Shown here piece by piece: positions 52,801 through 63,510 of a DNA stretch of 64,000 nt (position 1 is the first letter of the stretch; every line of letters begins with the position of its first letter). Under the pieces are notes generated by a model. The model was not told the DNA's origin, did no database searches, and saw nothing but the letters and a program-made list of their open reading frames with translations. Location of the stretch: the NCBI GenBank assembly GCA_000708835.1, contig DF236954.1, forward strand, positions 298,052 to 362,051, written 5' to 3'. Origin of the DNA: Klebsormidium nitens. Its lineage: Eukaryota > Plantae > Klebsormidiophyceae. Both the position numbers and the translations under genes were made by a program.

Positions 52801-55800
52801 ATCCAGTACAAGTTTCGAGTTTAGAATCCGATTCACGTCGGACGAGTGCTTGGACAGAACTTCTTTGAAGGAGCCAAGAAGAGAAAAGGTGGGACCAGGG
52901 TTTTGAAAGGAGGAAAAAAATGAGTTTTAAAAAAACTTTCCTTTTTGACACGCAGAGGATGCTGGCGTAATGCAGGGAGGGATCTGTACCCTCTCGACAA
53001 CGAATTTTTTCTCCAGCCGGTTGGAATTTTTTGATGATACTGATCCTTTCTTGATGAAAACTCTCAAGCTGCATTCTCTTTCCACGTCGGCGCCAATGAG
53101 AGTTCCAGTCACTGTCGTTTTTCCAAAAAAGCGCTCCATATTCTTATTTCTAAATCTCAATCTCTTTTGCCTACCACGCAGGAGGCTGACGCGCAAATCG
53201 CGGCCGTCGCGCTGCACCTGGGACACGTGGAGGACGCTCACAAGCTCTACGTGGCGTGCGACCGGTGGGACCTGGCCAACCGGTTGCTCCAGTCGTGCGG
53301 CGACTGGAGCCGCGCTCTGGAAGTGGCCGGGAAACACGACCGGGTGCATCTGCGCACGACGCACCACAGCTTTGCGCGGCACCTCGAGTTTCTGGGCGAC
53401 CTGGACGGGGCGATCAAGGCGTATGAGGAGGCCGGAACGCACCGGTGAGGCTACCAGGATTTTGAAGAACGACTTACAAGTATTTGAACACGGAGTGTCC
53501 GTGTTACGCAAGAGCTGGACGGAGCAGACTTGTTGGGAGAGCTTCAACTTCTGGGTTACAGGACTTTGTCAATGCCAACCCCTTATTCCCTCCTGGTCCT
53601 ATGATTGCTCTGTTTTGGCCAACCCTGACAAGATCCTTCATCGGAGGATTTTGCACTCAACCATTGATTTCTGCATCTTTCAATCCAGGCACAAATTGCC
53701 GTGTTGGCAGAGTGAAGCGATTGAAGAACGCGAACACTTGATTTCCTGTAGATCTGATCAAGCTGGATTCTGAAGACACGTCTTTAAATCCTGATCTTTA
53801 AACCTGGCAGGCACGAGTTCCGCGCCTGCTGGTGAAGACTGGCCGTTTCGATGCTCTGAAACAGATCCTAACACCCTTTCAATATTTTGAAGACGCTTCG
53901 TCCTAAGCCCCCTAAACCCTCAACTTGAACAACGCTTAACCCGGATAATCCTTAAAACTCGTTTTGCCAGGCACGAGGTTCCGCGCTTGCCGGTGGCGGC
54001 TGGCCGTCTGAATGCTTTTATTCAGATCCTAACACCCTTACATTTTAGAAGACCCTACTTCCTAAGCCCCGTAAACTTTCAACCATAACAACTTTCAACC
54101 CGGATCTTCCTAACCCCGTTGTGATAGGCACGAAGTCCCGCGGCTGCTGGTAGAGGCTGGCCAGATCGAAGAGCTGGAGGCTTACGTGGCGGCGAAGCAG
54201 GACAAGGAGCTGACGCAGTGGTGGGCCAAGTACTGCGAGAGCCACGGCAACCTGGACAAGGCGCTCGAGTGCTACCACTGGGTGAGGCGGGCTTCCGTTC
54301 CGGTTCCGTTCTGCTCTTGTCCTCGTGTTTTTAATTCCGCTTGTCCGCTTGTCTCCGCGTTCCGCAACGACGCGGAGCCACGGCAACCTCGACAAGGCGC
54401 TGAAGTGCTACCACTGGGTAAGGCCGTCCCTCTTTCCGGTTCCGTTCCGGTTCCGTTCCGGTTCCGTTCCGCTCTTGTACCCGTCTGCGTTCTGTTATGC
54501 CTGTCAATTCGTTCCCTAACCGACGCGGAGCCACGCAATCTCGACAAGGGGCTTGCGTGCTACCACTGGGTACGGGGGGGCTTCCCTTCTGGTTCCGTTC
54601 CGGTTCCGTTCCGACTGTCCTTTGCCTTGCTTTGATCCGCTTGTCCTTCCGTTCCGCAACGACGGGGAGACACGGCAACCTGGACAAGGCGAAGTGAGTG
54701 CTACCACTGGGTGAGGCCGCCCTCCGTTCCGGTCTTTACCTTTCTTTATTCTGCTTATAGGTAGATCCATTTTGCAACGACGCGGAGCCACGGCAACCTG
54801 GACAAGATGCTCCAATGCTGTCTCACGGCGACTTCCGGTGTCCCTATTCCTATGGGACGTTACTCCTGGGCGTTTCCTTCATTTACTGCTTTATTGCCTG
54901 GCAAAGCCCAAAAGTATTCCATTGCTTGTGGACGACGCTTGCGGTTGGACTTAATGACTGCTGCCGTCCGTTGATGAACCACTTCCTGTCTATTGCGTTT
55001 TCAGCCTTCATAACTCCTCGTTTTGTTCGCTTTCCGCACTTCTCCCCTTCCAATACTCTTCCGTTTTTTGCTCTTCGTTCGTTCCCTGTCTTTTCGTTGC
55101 CCGGTCTTCAAGCTGCCGTTTGCTCCTACAAGCTGAAAATGGACTGATTGTAGCAATCCGGTTTGGTCCCGGCTAAACCGTTTCCTGCTTACAGACGACT
55201 TCCCGTCATGTCTTGTGCCGAGCCTAGCAACTTTGCAAAAGAAAGAAGCGCAAAGGGGAGGCATTGTCAGGCACCTTCTATGAAGCAATCGAAGGAAGTC
55301 CCATAGTTGCGTCGCAATCAAAGATTCTGTGGACAACTTGAGCGTACAGTTGGTGAAGGCTCTACAGAAGCAGATCAAAGAAAGACTCGGTATAAAGGAT
55401 ATGGGCAGATGTAATCCAAGTCGGTTGAGAAGTAGACCAGCCACCGAACCCCTCCTTTTCGTTGCAGAGCGGTGACGTCCTCTCCCAAGTCCGCATCCAC
55501 TGCTTCCAAGGCGAGCTCGCGGCCGCGCGCGCGCTCGTCGACGCGACGGGCGATCGCGCGGCCGCCTTCCACGTTGCGCGCCAGCTGGAGGCCCGGGGCG
55601 ACGTTCCGGGCGCGATCCGCTACTTCACCCGAGCGGAAAGCGTCAGCCGGGCGGCGCGGCTTGCACAGCGGAACGGAATGGACGCGGAGCTGCTGTCGCT
55701 CGCGGCCGCGGGCACGCGCGCGCTCGCGCTGACGTCAGCGCGGTACTTTGAGGAGAAGGGGGCGTACGACAGCGCCGTACTACTGTACCAAAAGGTGGGA

Positions 55801-58800
55801 GTTGCTCTGCGCCTACGGATTGCCCCCCGGGGGTGGCGCCGCCTCATCGAACCTCGCCCTGTTCATCGTTATGTAGCTATGCAAGAGCTAAACACGCGAT
55901 ACCCTCTTCAAGAGATTTTCGGATTTTATCCTGGATCTCGAGACAGAAGACTGAGAAGACCTAAGGGAGATGGATGGGCGTGACAACGAAAAAGCGACTT
56001 CGAGTATTCGGAGCCGGTCAGTCTCTACGCAAAGGTCTATCGCTGTTGCCTTCCGTCTTTAGTCTGTTATTGACTCATGGGGAAAATAACGGCACTCGTT
56101 TCCAGGGACGCTAACGCGCGCCTCGAAAGCCTTCAACTTTCACTCATCTTCGTGAGCAAAACTCACCAAGCTTCGTTTCTTTTCAGGGCGGAAACCTGAA
56201 CCGCGCAATCGACCTATGCTTCAAGGGCCAGTTGTTCGACTCTCTGCGGACCATTGCGGACAATCTCAAGGAGGATGCGGACCCAGCACTGCTAGCAAGG
56301 TGGGATTGCTTTCCAACTCTTAACAAATTGCTGCTGATTTTGGCCGTGATACATAGAACTCTAAAGTAATATGTAGAAGACTGCCTATGAGTTGTGCCTG
56401 CTGAATCGAGCCGTGGCAAACAGAACCCTGAGGTATGCATGATCGACCGGCTCCTTAAACATTGTGTGAGCTGTGAATTGTGTGACCAACGGGAGGATTG
56501 TTCTATCTTAATGCGGGGGATTCAAATACACATCTGCGCGTTGATGCTTATTTACAGGACATTTGGAAGACCTTTGAACTCCCCGTGCCTATATTATGCT
56601 GGCTTATCACATGCCTGCTTGTTACGAGAGCCAGACGGTGGCGAAACAGGACAGAAGACATAATTCTTCCAGAGCACGTGATAGAGGAACGAAGGGAAAA
56701 TGCTTTCAAAGCTCAAAAGGCAGTCCTTCCCCTTCATCAGAAATCGCGTGCACTGACTCCGGTTGAAGCATTCTGTGAAGTGCCAATGTTGAAGTGCAGC
56801 CGGACGGTTCCGCGCAGGTGTGCGGACTTTTTCATGGAGCACGAGCAGTACGAAAAGGCGGTGCATTTACTTATTGCCGGAAAGAGCTTCGAGCAGGCGA
56901 TCGACTTGGTAAGGACCTTTTGGATCAAAGTGACTATTATCGAACCGAGTAAAGTCGCTTGCCTTCCAGTCTCCCCGCCGGAATGTTGACAAAGCTGTCC
57001 TTCAGCAAGAAAAACTAGCCTGTGCCGTCGAGTTAGCGGTAGAGGCTCGGAGGATTGATTTTCCATTTTTGCAATTTGCCATGCACATATTTGGACTTAC
57101 CAGTTCCGCTTACTTTCAGCGGAATTGGAAGCTCCACTGAATTATCGTTCATTGATGGTTCTTTATGAACATCAAAAAACGCACCTTTCTCAAGAGTAGT
57201 CCTTTCAAGCAATCACATTCTTTCAATAAACGTCTTGAATAAAGTCGTTACTTCCGGGCAGCTTTGTCCGCGTCAAAAAACGTATCCTATCCTTCTCTTT
57301 ATCAAATTTCCTCCAAAACGGTAACCATCCCCTATAGCATATCCCCTTTTTTGCAGTGCGCCTCGCATGACGTCGTTATCACTGAGAGCATGGCCGACGG
57401 GATGACTCCGCCGAAGGCTGAAGGCGGCGAGTCTGGCGGATTCCGCTCCGCCCTGATCCGGCGGATCGCGGAATGCTGCGAGGCGCAGGGCTCCTTCCAC
57501 CTGGCGTGCAAGAAGTTCACGCAGGCGAATGAGCGCGCGCGCGCGATGGAGGCGCTGCTCAAGTCGGGGGACACCGAGAAGATCATCTTCTTCGCCAACG
57601 TATCCAGGTGAGTCGTAACACATTCTGCAACGATATCCTACTGACGTCAGGCCTGTGCTTGTTCAGACGGAAACATCTGATTCAAAGCAGCTACCGCGCC
57701 CCTCGATTTGAAAATCTGTATCTCAATCCCCCGCCATATCTGGGGGAACCAGAAAGATGGTCGGGTAGAAACCCGGGAAGATGGAAACTAGAGATTTCAG
57801 CTGACGTTAGGCAGAGCACGGCCTCGAAGAATGTAAGTATCCGAAAGCATGGGCAGCAAGATCTGTCGTTGTCACCATTTTTGAGCGCGCGGAGTGGCAA
57901 ACGGTCCGGCATCTGAGATTCTTATCCAAGGACAGCCAGGATTTGCAAGAAAGCGACGCAAATACTTGTTTTCGTTCGCTCCAAATCCAAACGCAGAAAG
58001 TCTTGAACCACAGACTGTTACATCATACCCTCCTTAACCACTCAAAAATGAACCCGGGAGATTGAGAAGATTAACTTCAAACCAAGGAGATGGAACCTTA
58101 ATTTCAAACGACGTGAAGGCTGGCACCCCGCAAACGCCGCAAGCCGTGCGCGTTGGCGGTCAGAGACTTTGGCCACGACTAGCACGCCAAGGCCCTGAGG
58201 CGTCCAAGCTAACCCCAAATCCTAAACCATAGACCTAAAAGCCAACACCCAGATCTCTGATGTCAAATGAAACCCAATGTTTAACCCCGCAGGCAGCGCG
58301 AGCTATACGTGCTGGCGGCCAACTACCTGCAGAGCCTGGACTGGCACGCAAGACCTTTGACCCGCTCAATTCAACCTAACCCCGACCTAACCCAAAACTC
58401 GTTAGCCTTGACTTCATAAACTTCGCAACGTAACCTAGCCCCAACTCGCAGGCAGCGCGAGCTGTACGTGCTGGCAGCCAACTATCTGCAGAGCCTGGAC
58501 TGGCACGCGGACGGCGAGGTGATGAAGGCCATCGTGCAGTTCTACACCAAGGCGGGCGCCGTCGAGAGCCTGGCCGCCTTCTACGACTCGTGCGCCATCA
58601 TCGAGATTGACGAGTACCGGGACTATGAAAAGGTGAGGGAATCTGGTTACAAAGCTTGTGGGTTGAGTTTGGTTAGAGCGCTTGTGGGCTGAGTTGGGTT
58701 AGAGCGTTTGTGGGTTAAGCTGCATCAGAGGCTGGCGACCTTCTACAACTCGCGTGCGATCATTGAGATCGAGTTCACCGGGACTACGAAAAGGCGAGAG

Positions 58801-61234
58801 ACTCTGGTCCAAAATGGTTCTGGATTCGGTTTGGTTAGAGCTCTTGTGGGCTGAATTGTAGTAGAGCATCTGTGGGTTAGAATTTTTCTGACCCTGGCTG
58901 CCTCATTCGTCTCGTGCGCCGTCATCGAGATCGACGAGTATCGGAAGTACGAGAAGGTTAGGGCTTGTGTGAAGATTGGGATAGAGCGTTTGTGGGTCGA
59001 GTTAGTAGACTTTTTCGCGGTTGAACTGGGTCTGAGCGCTCCTGAACCTGCTTGGCTCAGAGCGTTTGTGATTTTGTATTATCTATGATGAGTCCTGCAG
59101 GTGGGTGGGTCTCAGGCGACTCCTCTTTTCTCCTAGTTGCTACACTCACAATGGATCTTTGCTCAAAGTCGATCTTTCCAATTCTACTCAAGATTATGAG
59201 AAGGCGAGGCTGCGGGCTCGTTTCATAAATTTCATGTACGCCCCTCGATGTTTTGAAAGCGAGCGAAAAAAAGCTGTTCCTTCGGTTTCACATACCGCCT
59301 CTTTCCAATCACAGGCCTTGGGCGCGATGCGCGAGTCGCTAAAGTACGCGAGCAAGTCGCGTGCGGCCGCGCGCGACGCGCTCGTTGCGGACCACACCGC
59401 GCGGATCGCCCTCGTCGAGCAGTTCGTGCAGGTGGGTCTCTTCCGCCTGAAAGGGCTCCGCTCGAGAGAGCTGATAAGAGCATGATTCAAAGAACCAGAA
59501 GCGGGTTGTGAATCTCTGCGTCAACTGATTTAAAAGGCCCCACCAAAATTGGATGCTGTCCAAGTGATGACGCATTTGAGGCCCGGGGGCGACTCTGTGC
59601 CATTTCGAGTGCGCTCGGGGGCGTCAGAGTAAATGATTTGAAATGACAGATTTGCTGTAACCGCTCCCTTCAAGCCCTGTAACTGCGTTCAATCTGTTTT
59701 CAGATTGCACTGGAAGCTCACGATGCAAGCATCCTTGATTGCAGGCTCGCAAGCTGGTGGCAGAGGATCCAAAGCAGACGGTGGCGCTCTGCAACCGGCT
59801 GCTGGAGCAGCTGCCGGCGACCGCGGCAGAGAGCGAGGTGAGCGCTGGGGACGCCCTCCCCAGAACGGACTCAATTGCCTTGCTGTAGGGGTTGAAGAGA
59901 GGAAGATGGAAGATTCCGAGAAATTACATCGTGATGCCTTTTGCCGAGATGCGATCAGAGGGAAGATTTAAGAAACTTCATCCAAACATCCACTTTTCGA
60001 GATGCGATTAGAGGGAGATTTCAAGAAACTTCAGTAGACTGCATTTTGTCGATATGCAATAGATCTGTCACTTGTGAGGCTGATAGGGGCCAAGAGCGAA
60101 CTTCTTCTGGCCACACCCGTGACTCGAGAGATGCATTTTGAGAAAATGCAAAATCTGACGTAAGAGAACGGGGCTGCAATCGAGGTTGCATAAGTGCGGG
60201 TTCTGGAAGAAGCCTCTGCATTCCCAGCAGCCTACATTCCCTGCGTGACGTCATAACCGAGTCTGATTCTTCTGCTCCGCAGTGCGTCGTCCGGGCAGGT
60301 GACGTGTACGCGCTTCTCATCGAGCTCTACTATAGCCGGAACGATTACCCAACGGTAAGCGGCAAGCTGACGCGTCTTTACGAAACCGGGCCTGGATGCG
60401 TGTTCTCATGCAAGAAGAGTGGATAAAAAGTCGGGAATGTTATAATTCGTTTGATTGAACCTCAAAGTCTAACTTCAAAATCACAAGCAAAGGCCCGGTG
60501 CTGCAGTACGGCATATCTATGGAGCGTGCAAAATGATTAGACACAGATCTCGGAGGCCGCGCGGCGGACGAGGCAGCTTGTCGTGTAAAATGCAATTCGC
60601 ATGTAACTATGAAAATTTGCCACTGTCAAAGGACTGTTTTCGCGCGAAGATTGAATCGTTTGCGCGCTACGACTTGCGCAGGCATTCCAACTGCTGGAGC
60701 GGATGCGCGAGCGCGGTATCGTTCTCGCGCCGTTTCTCGAGCAGGCGATGGTTGTGGAGATACACCAGGTCAGATTCCATGCTTTCCTGTCGAGATATGG
60801 TCACATGTGCCATCGTTCCTTGAGGCGAATCTTGAGCAGTAAGAATTCACACAGATGAGAGGCTTTAGGGTGAGCGGAGATAGACGCACCTTACAAGTGG
60901 CTCCTCTTCCATGGCCCACAAAATGGTCATCCTGCACAAGTCCTGAAAACTTGTACAAACGTGGGGCTGGCATGCCTCTTCAATCACCCCGCCGTTGGAA
61001 TACTCATGAAGAAGCTTTTGATCCCCCCTTCATTGATTGACACGATTCTTCTTCCTGGTTCAGCCCGGTAGTACCATGATCTTCGAAGAGTCTCGTGTAA
61101 GACTATTGCTGTTGCCTAACCTCACAAGCTTCTTTTCGATTCAGGCCGTTGGCGTCGAGATGAGGGACACAGAACCTGACGAAGACTTCCGAGAAGAAGA
61201 GTTGGACGAGGACGTAATCGAGGACGAGGAGTGA
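43834..61234 (+). CDS. IFT140: Intraflagellar transport protein 140 (IFT-A; WD40 + TPR). 28 exons: 43834-43974, 44501-44618, 44869-44990, 45227-45360, 45683-45770, 46235-46381, 46952-47183, 47579-47740, 48294-48448, 49057-49269, 49638-49868, 50273-50373, 50806-50881, 51194-51301, 51796-51969, 52556-52741, 53182-53444, 54128-54281, 55468-55794, 56187-56299, 56818-56908, 57357-57607, 58452-58632, 59315-59431, 59745-59837, 60283-60354, 60682-60768, 61145-61234
   Basis: [30 protein letters not shown]...[96 protein letters not shown], acidic C-terminus. All phases are consistent. Confidence 0.97.
53800..54810 (+). repeat. Echoes on both sides of IFT140 exon 18, with (GGTTCCGTTCC)n spacers on the donor side
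   Basis: ag|gcacgag.t.ccgcgc at 53811 and 53971 (real 54128). gagccacggcaacctggacaag...tgctaccactgg|gt ends at 54417, 54569, 54710 plus a partial copy at about 54783-54807 (real 54281). Confidence 0.96.
58280..59205 (+). repeat. Echoes on both sides of IFT140 exon 23
   Basis: Acceptor echo at 58293 (real 58452). Donor echoes ending 58793, 58956 and a short one at 59203 (real 58632). Confidence 0.95.
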
Positions 61235-62107
61235 ACAGTGACCGGTTTACGCATCTTTACAAGAGTAATTGAGTAATATGTCATGAACAACGAGAGCCAT
61301 CATCAACACTTGAGCAGATCGTCGAAAAGGCACCATCCATGCGAACCGTACTCGATGGTCATTCTTGAAATTGGTTTTGCCTTAACTCACTTCATGGTAG
61401 AAGGTAAATGATGTAAGGTATTGCACGTGATATGAGTTATTGAAGGATTGATCATAGAAGACAATGAATCCATAATTAAAACATAAATGTGCGAGACCGT
61501 GAGTCAGGCATGGAAGGTACTGGAACCGACGACTTCCGTTTCGTCAATGTTCCAACAAATACGACTGGTAAACACGTGGCCGCCATCAAAGTGAAAAGCT
61601 TCTGGAATCAATATAGCGCAAGGCAATACACATATCACAGCCCAGCTGCTTATAAGTCGTCCTTTTCGTGCTTTCAAAGGCAACTCTGCCCGGATTCACT
61701 CATTGCGGACAATCTTGAGCTGCAAGTGACTGCTTGAGTACTGCATACTTTCCTGAGTACAGGCACCTGCAACTGGCTGAGTTGCTCTTAGGGAAACGAT
61801 GGAACCGTAACGCATGTTTGGTGCTTTCATCGAGAATGCATGCTAGGAAGAGTACCGTGCTTATAGAGCGTATCATGTGCACAGGTGCAGTTTCAAGCTT
61901 GGTGATGCTCGAATGAGTCAGTTTGTATGTTTGAAACACTTGAACGGGTTGATTGTTACGAGTCTAGCCAAATCCGGCTGCAAAATGCTAGATTTTGCCA
62001 CTGACTCCGGTTTCAGCATAGTCAAGCCACTCACACTAAGTCAGCTTTGAGTACTATCTTCCTCAACACTCACTGAGCTGCATTCATCACTTTTCTGTTA
62101 CTAGGAC

Positions 62108-63163
62108 TTACAAAGAGCTCGAGAAGCCATCCTTGAAAGCCAACCGACCGATCATCCGTTTTCGGAACCATGACTCTCTGAGGAGCATCTTGTCTGTCCA
62201 GGAGGTATCCTTCGAGATTAAGCGGCAAGTGGCAGACAACTCTACCTTCCAATCTTTGACTTTCAAAGAGCATCTTTGACCAGATTTTCGACGCTCATGA
62301 CCCGTTCCTTCTGGCTTTTCTAACCTGCCACTCAGGGAAGAAGAGAGGCTGACATCCTCCGTGAAAACTCTGAACCCCGTTGTCCATGAGCTCAAGCTAC
62401 CTGCACACCCGTCGACACAGAATCCTCTGTCTTTTTCAAAGTTTGGATACGCTGAGCTGTCAAGAAGCATCGGACCAGGATGACGCATGTACAGGGGAAC
62501 GGATGCTCCGCCTGGAAGGAAAATAATGTCCAGCACAAATGCGTACTTTACTCTACCAAAGCTGCTCTTCTCAGCTTTAGTCGAGATGTTCGCGAGCCCC
62601 AGTTCCATGCCAGCGTTGCGAGAAGCTAGTTTGAGACGAGACTCCAAACTGTTGAAGTCGAATGCTGTCTCTTGATTACTCCCCAAGGTGCGCTGCCGCA
62701 CAGGACCTGGTTCCATTGCTTCCTGATTTGCGACGCCCCAGAGTATGATCCTTTTCTGCAGCGATTTCACAAGGAAAAGCAGCCTTATCTGCGGACACGC
62801 GTTGCCTTCGGCGGACTTGGACTTTACAGAGCTCAGTTCTTTCTTCTTCTGCTTCTCCCAGCGAACTATCACCAGGTTCCTGTACCCAGAGAAGCCTTTA
62901 ATCGCATCTTCGAAGGCTTTGGCTTCTGAACATTCAGCAGGAAACTGCTCGCGCTCATGGAACATCTTCTTCCATAGGCTTAGCTGTTCATCAGAAGCAA
63001 TGTTCTGGAAGGTTCTGCAAGCGTACGTGGCGTCTATGAAGGAAGGCGGATCCTGCACAGCAAGCTTGCTGAGGATGATAGCCAGAACATCTAACGGCAG
63101 TTCGTGCAGCGCGCTTCCGTTCTCAGCCGCTCTTGTGGCCCCCGCGCCTACTGACAACGTCAT
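62108..63163 (-). CDS. Intronless F-box-like protein C1 (351 aa), same family as A1/A2
   Basis: LHELPLDVLAIILSKLAVQDPPSFIDATYACRTF...LWKKMF; uninterrupted ORF from ATG 63163. Confidence 0.85.
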   Translation of the reverse strand: MTLSVGAGATRAAENGSALHELPLDVLAIILSKLAVQDPPSFIDATYACRTFQNIASDEQLSLWKKMFHEREQFPAECSEAKAFEDAIKGFSGYRNLVIVRWEKQKKKELSSVKSKSAEGNACPQIRLLFLVKSLQKRIILWGVANQEAMEPGPVRQRTLGSNQETAFDFNSLESRLKLASRNAGMELGLANISTKAEKSSFGRVKYAFVLDIIFLPGGASVPLYMRHPGPMLLDSSAYPNFEKDRGFCVDGCAGSLSSWTTGFRVFTEDVSLSSSLSGRLEKPEGTGHERRKSGQRCSLKVKDWKVELSATCRLISKDTSWTDKMLLRESWFRKRMIGRLAFKDGFSSSL

Positions 63164-63510
63164 GGCGGCGTCTAGTCTGCCTTCTCAGGCTCTGCTCTTC
63201 GTCTTAGAGGTTACCTGTGGACGGGGCTGCGCTGATACGAACCGTCGAACTGCTGAACGTATAGTGGTTCTGAGGTGGTTCGAGAGTGGGAATGGAGGGT
63301 TTAAATTTTATGGCTGGTTCAAGCGGTAAATTTGAGGGTTTAGGTTTGAGGGTTTGAGCCCCGCGGCCGCGCACTTCCGGCCGCGCCCCAGCGCGCGCGG
63401 CGCAGCAGTGCCAGCGACTCGCTCACTCCTTAAATTCAAGAATTCAATGCTCTTCGCTCTCCGAAGTAGAACGAACAAGGTCACTCTGAAATTGTAAAGG
63501 CGCCTGCAAC

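Noticed and set aside
52970-53773. 267-aa ORF across IFT140 exon 17
   Set aside because: Off-frame read-through of intron-exon-intron; the IFT140 frame explains the region.
54282-54810. Repeat-spacer pattern resembling a CRISPR array
   Set aside because: The repeats are copies of the IFT140 exon end plus donor, spacers are related to each other and contain microsatellite, no cas genes, eukaryotic context.
59944-60030. About 55-bp tandem duplication in IFT140 intron 25
   Set aside because: Real but purely intronic and not tied to an exon edge; ordinary local duplication.
24900-61420. TGTAA pentamers downstream of several stops as poly(A) signals
   Set aside because: Too short and frequent to support without 3'-end data.
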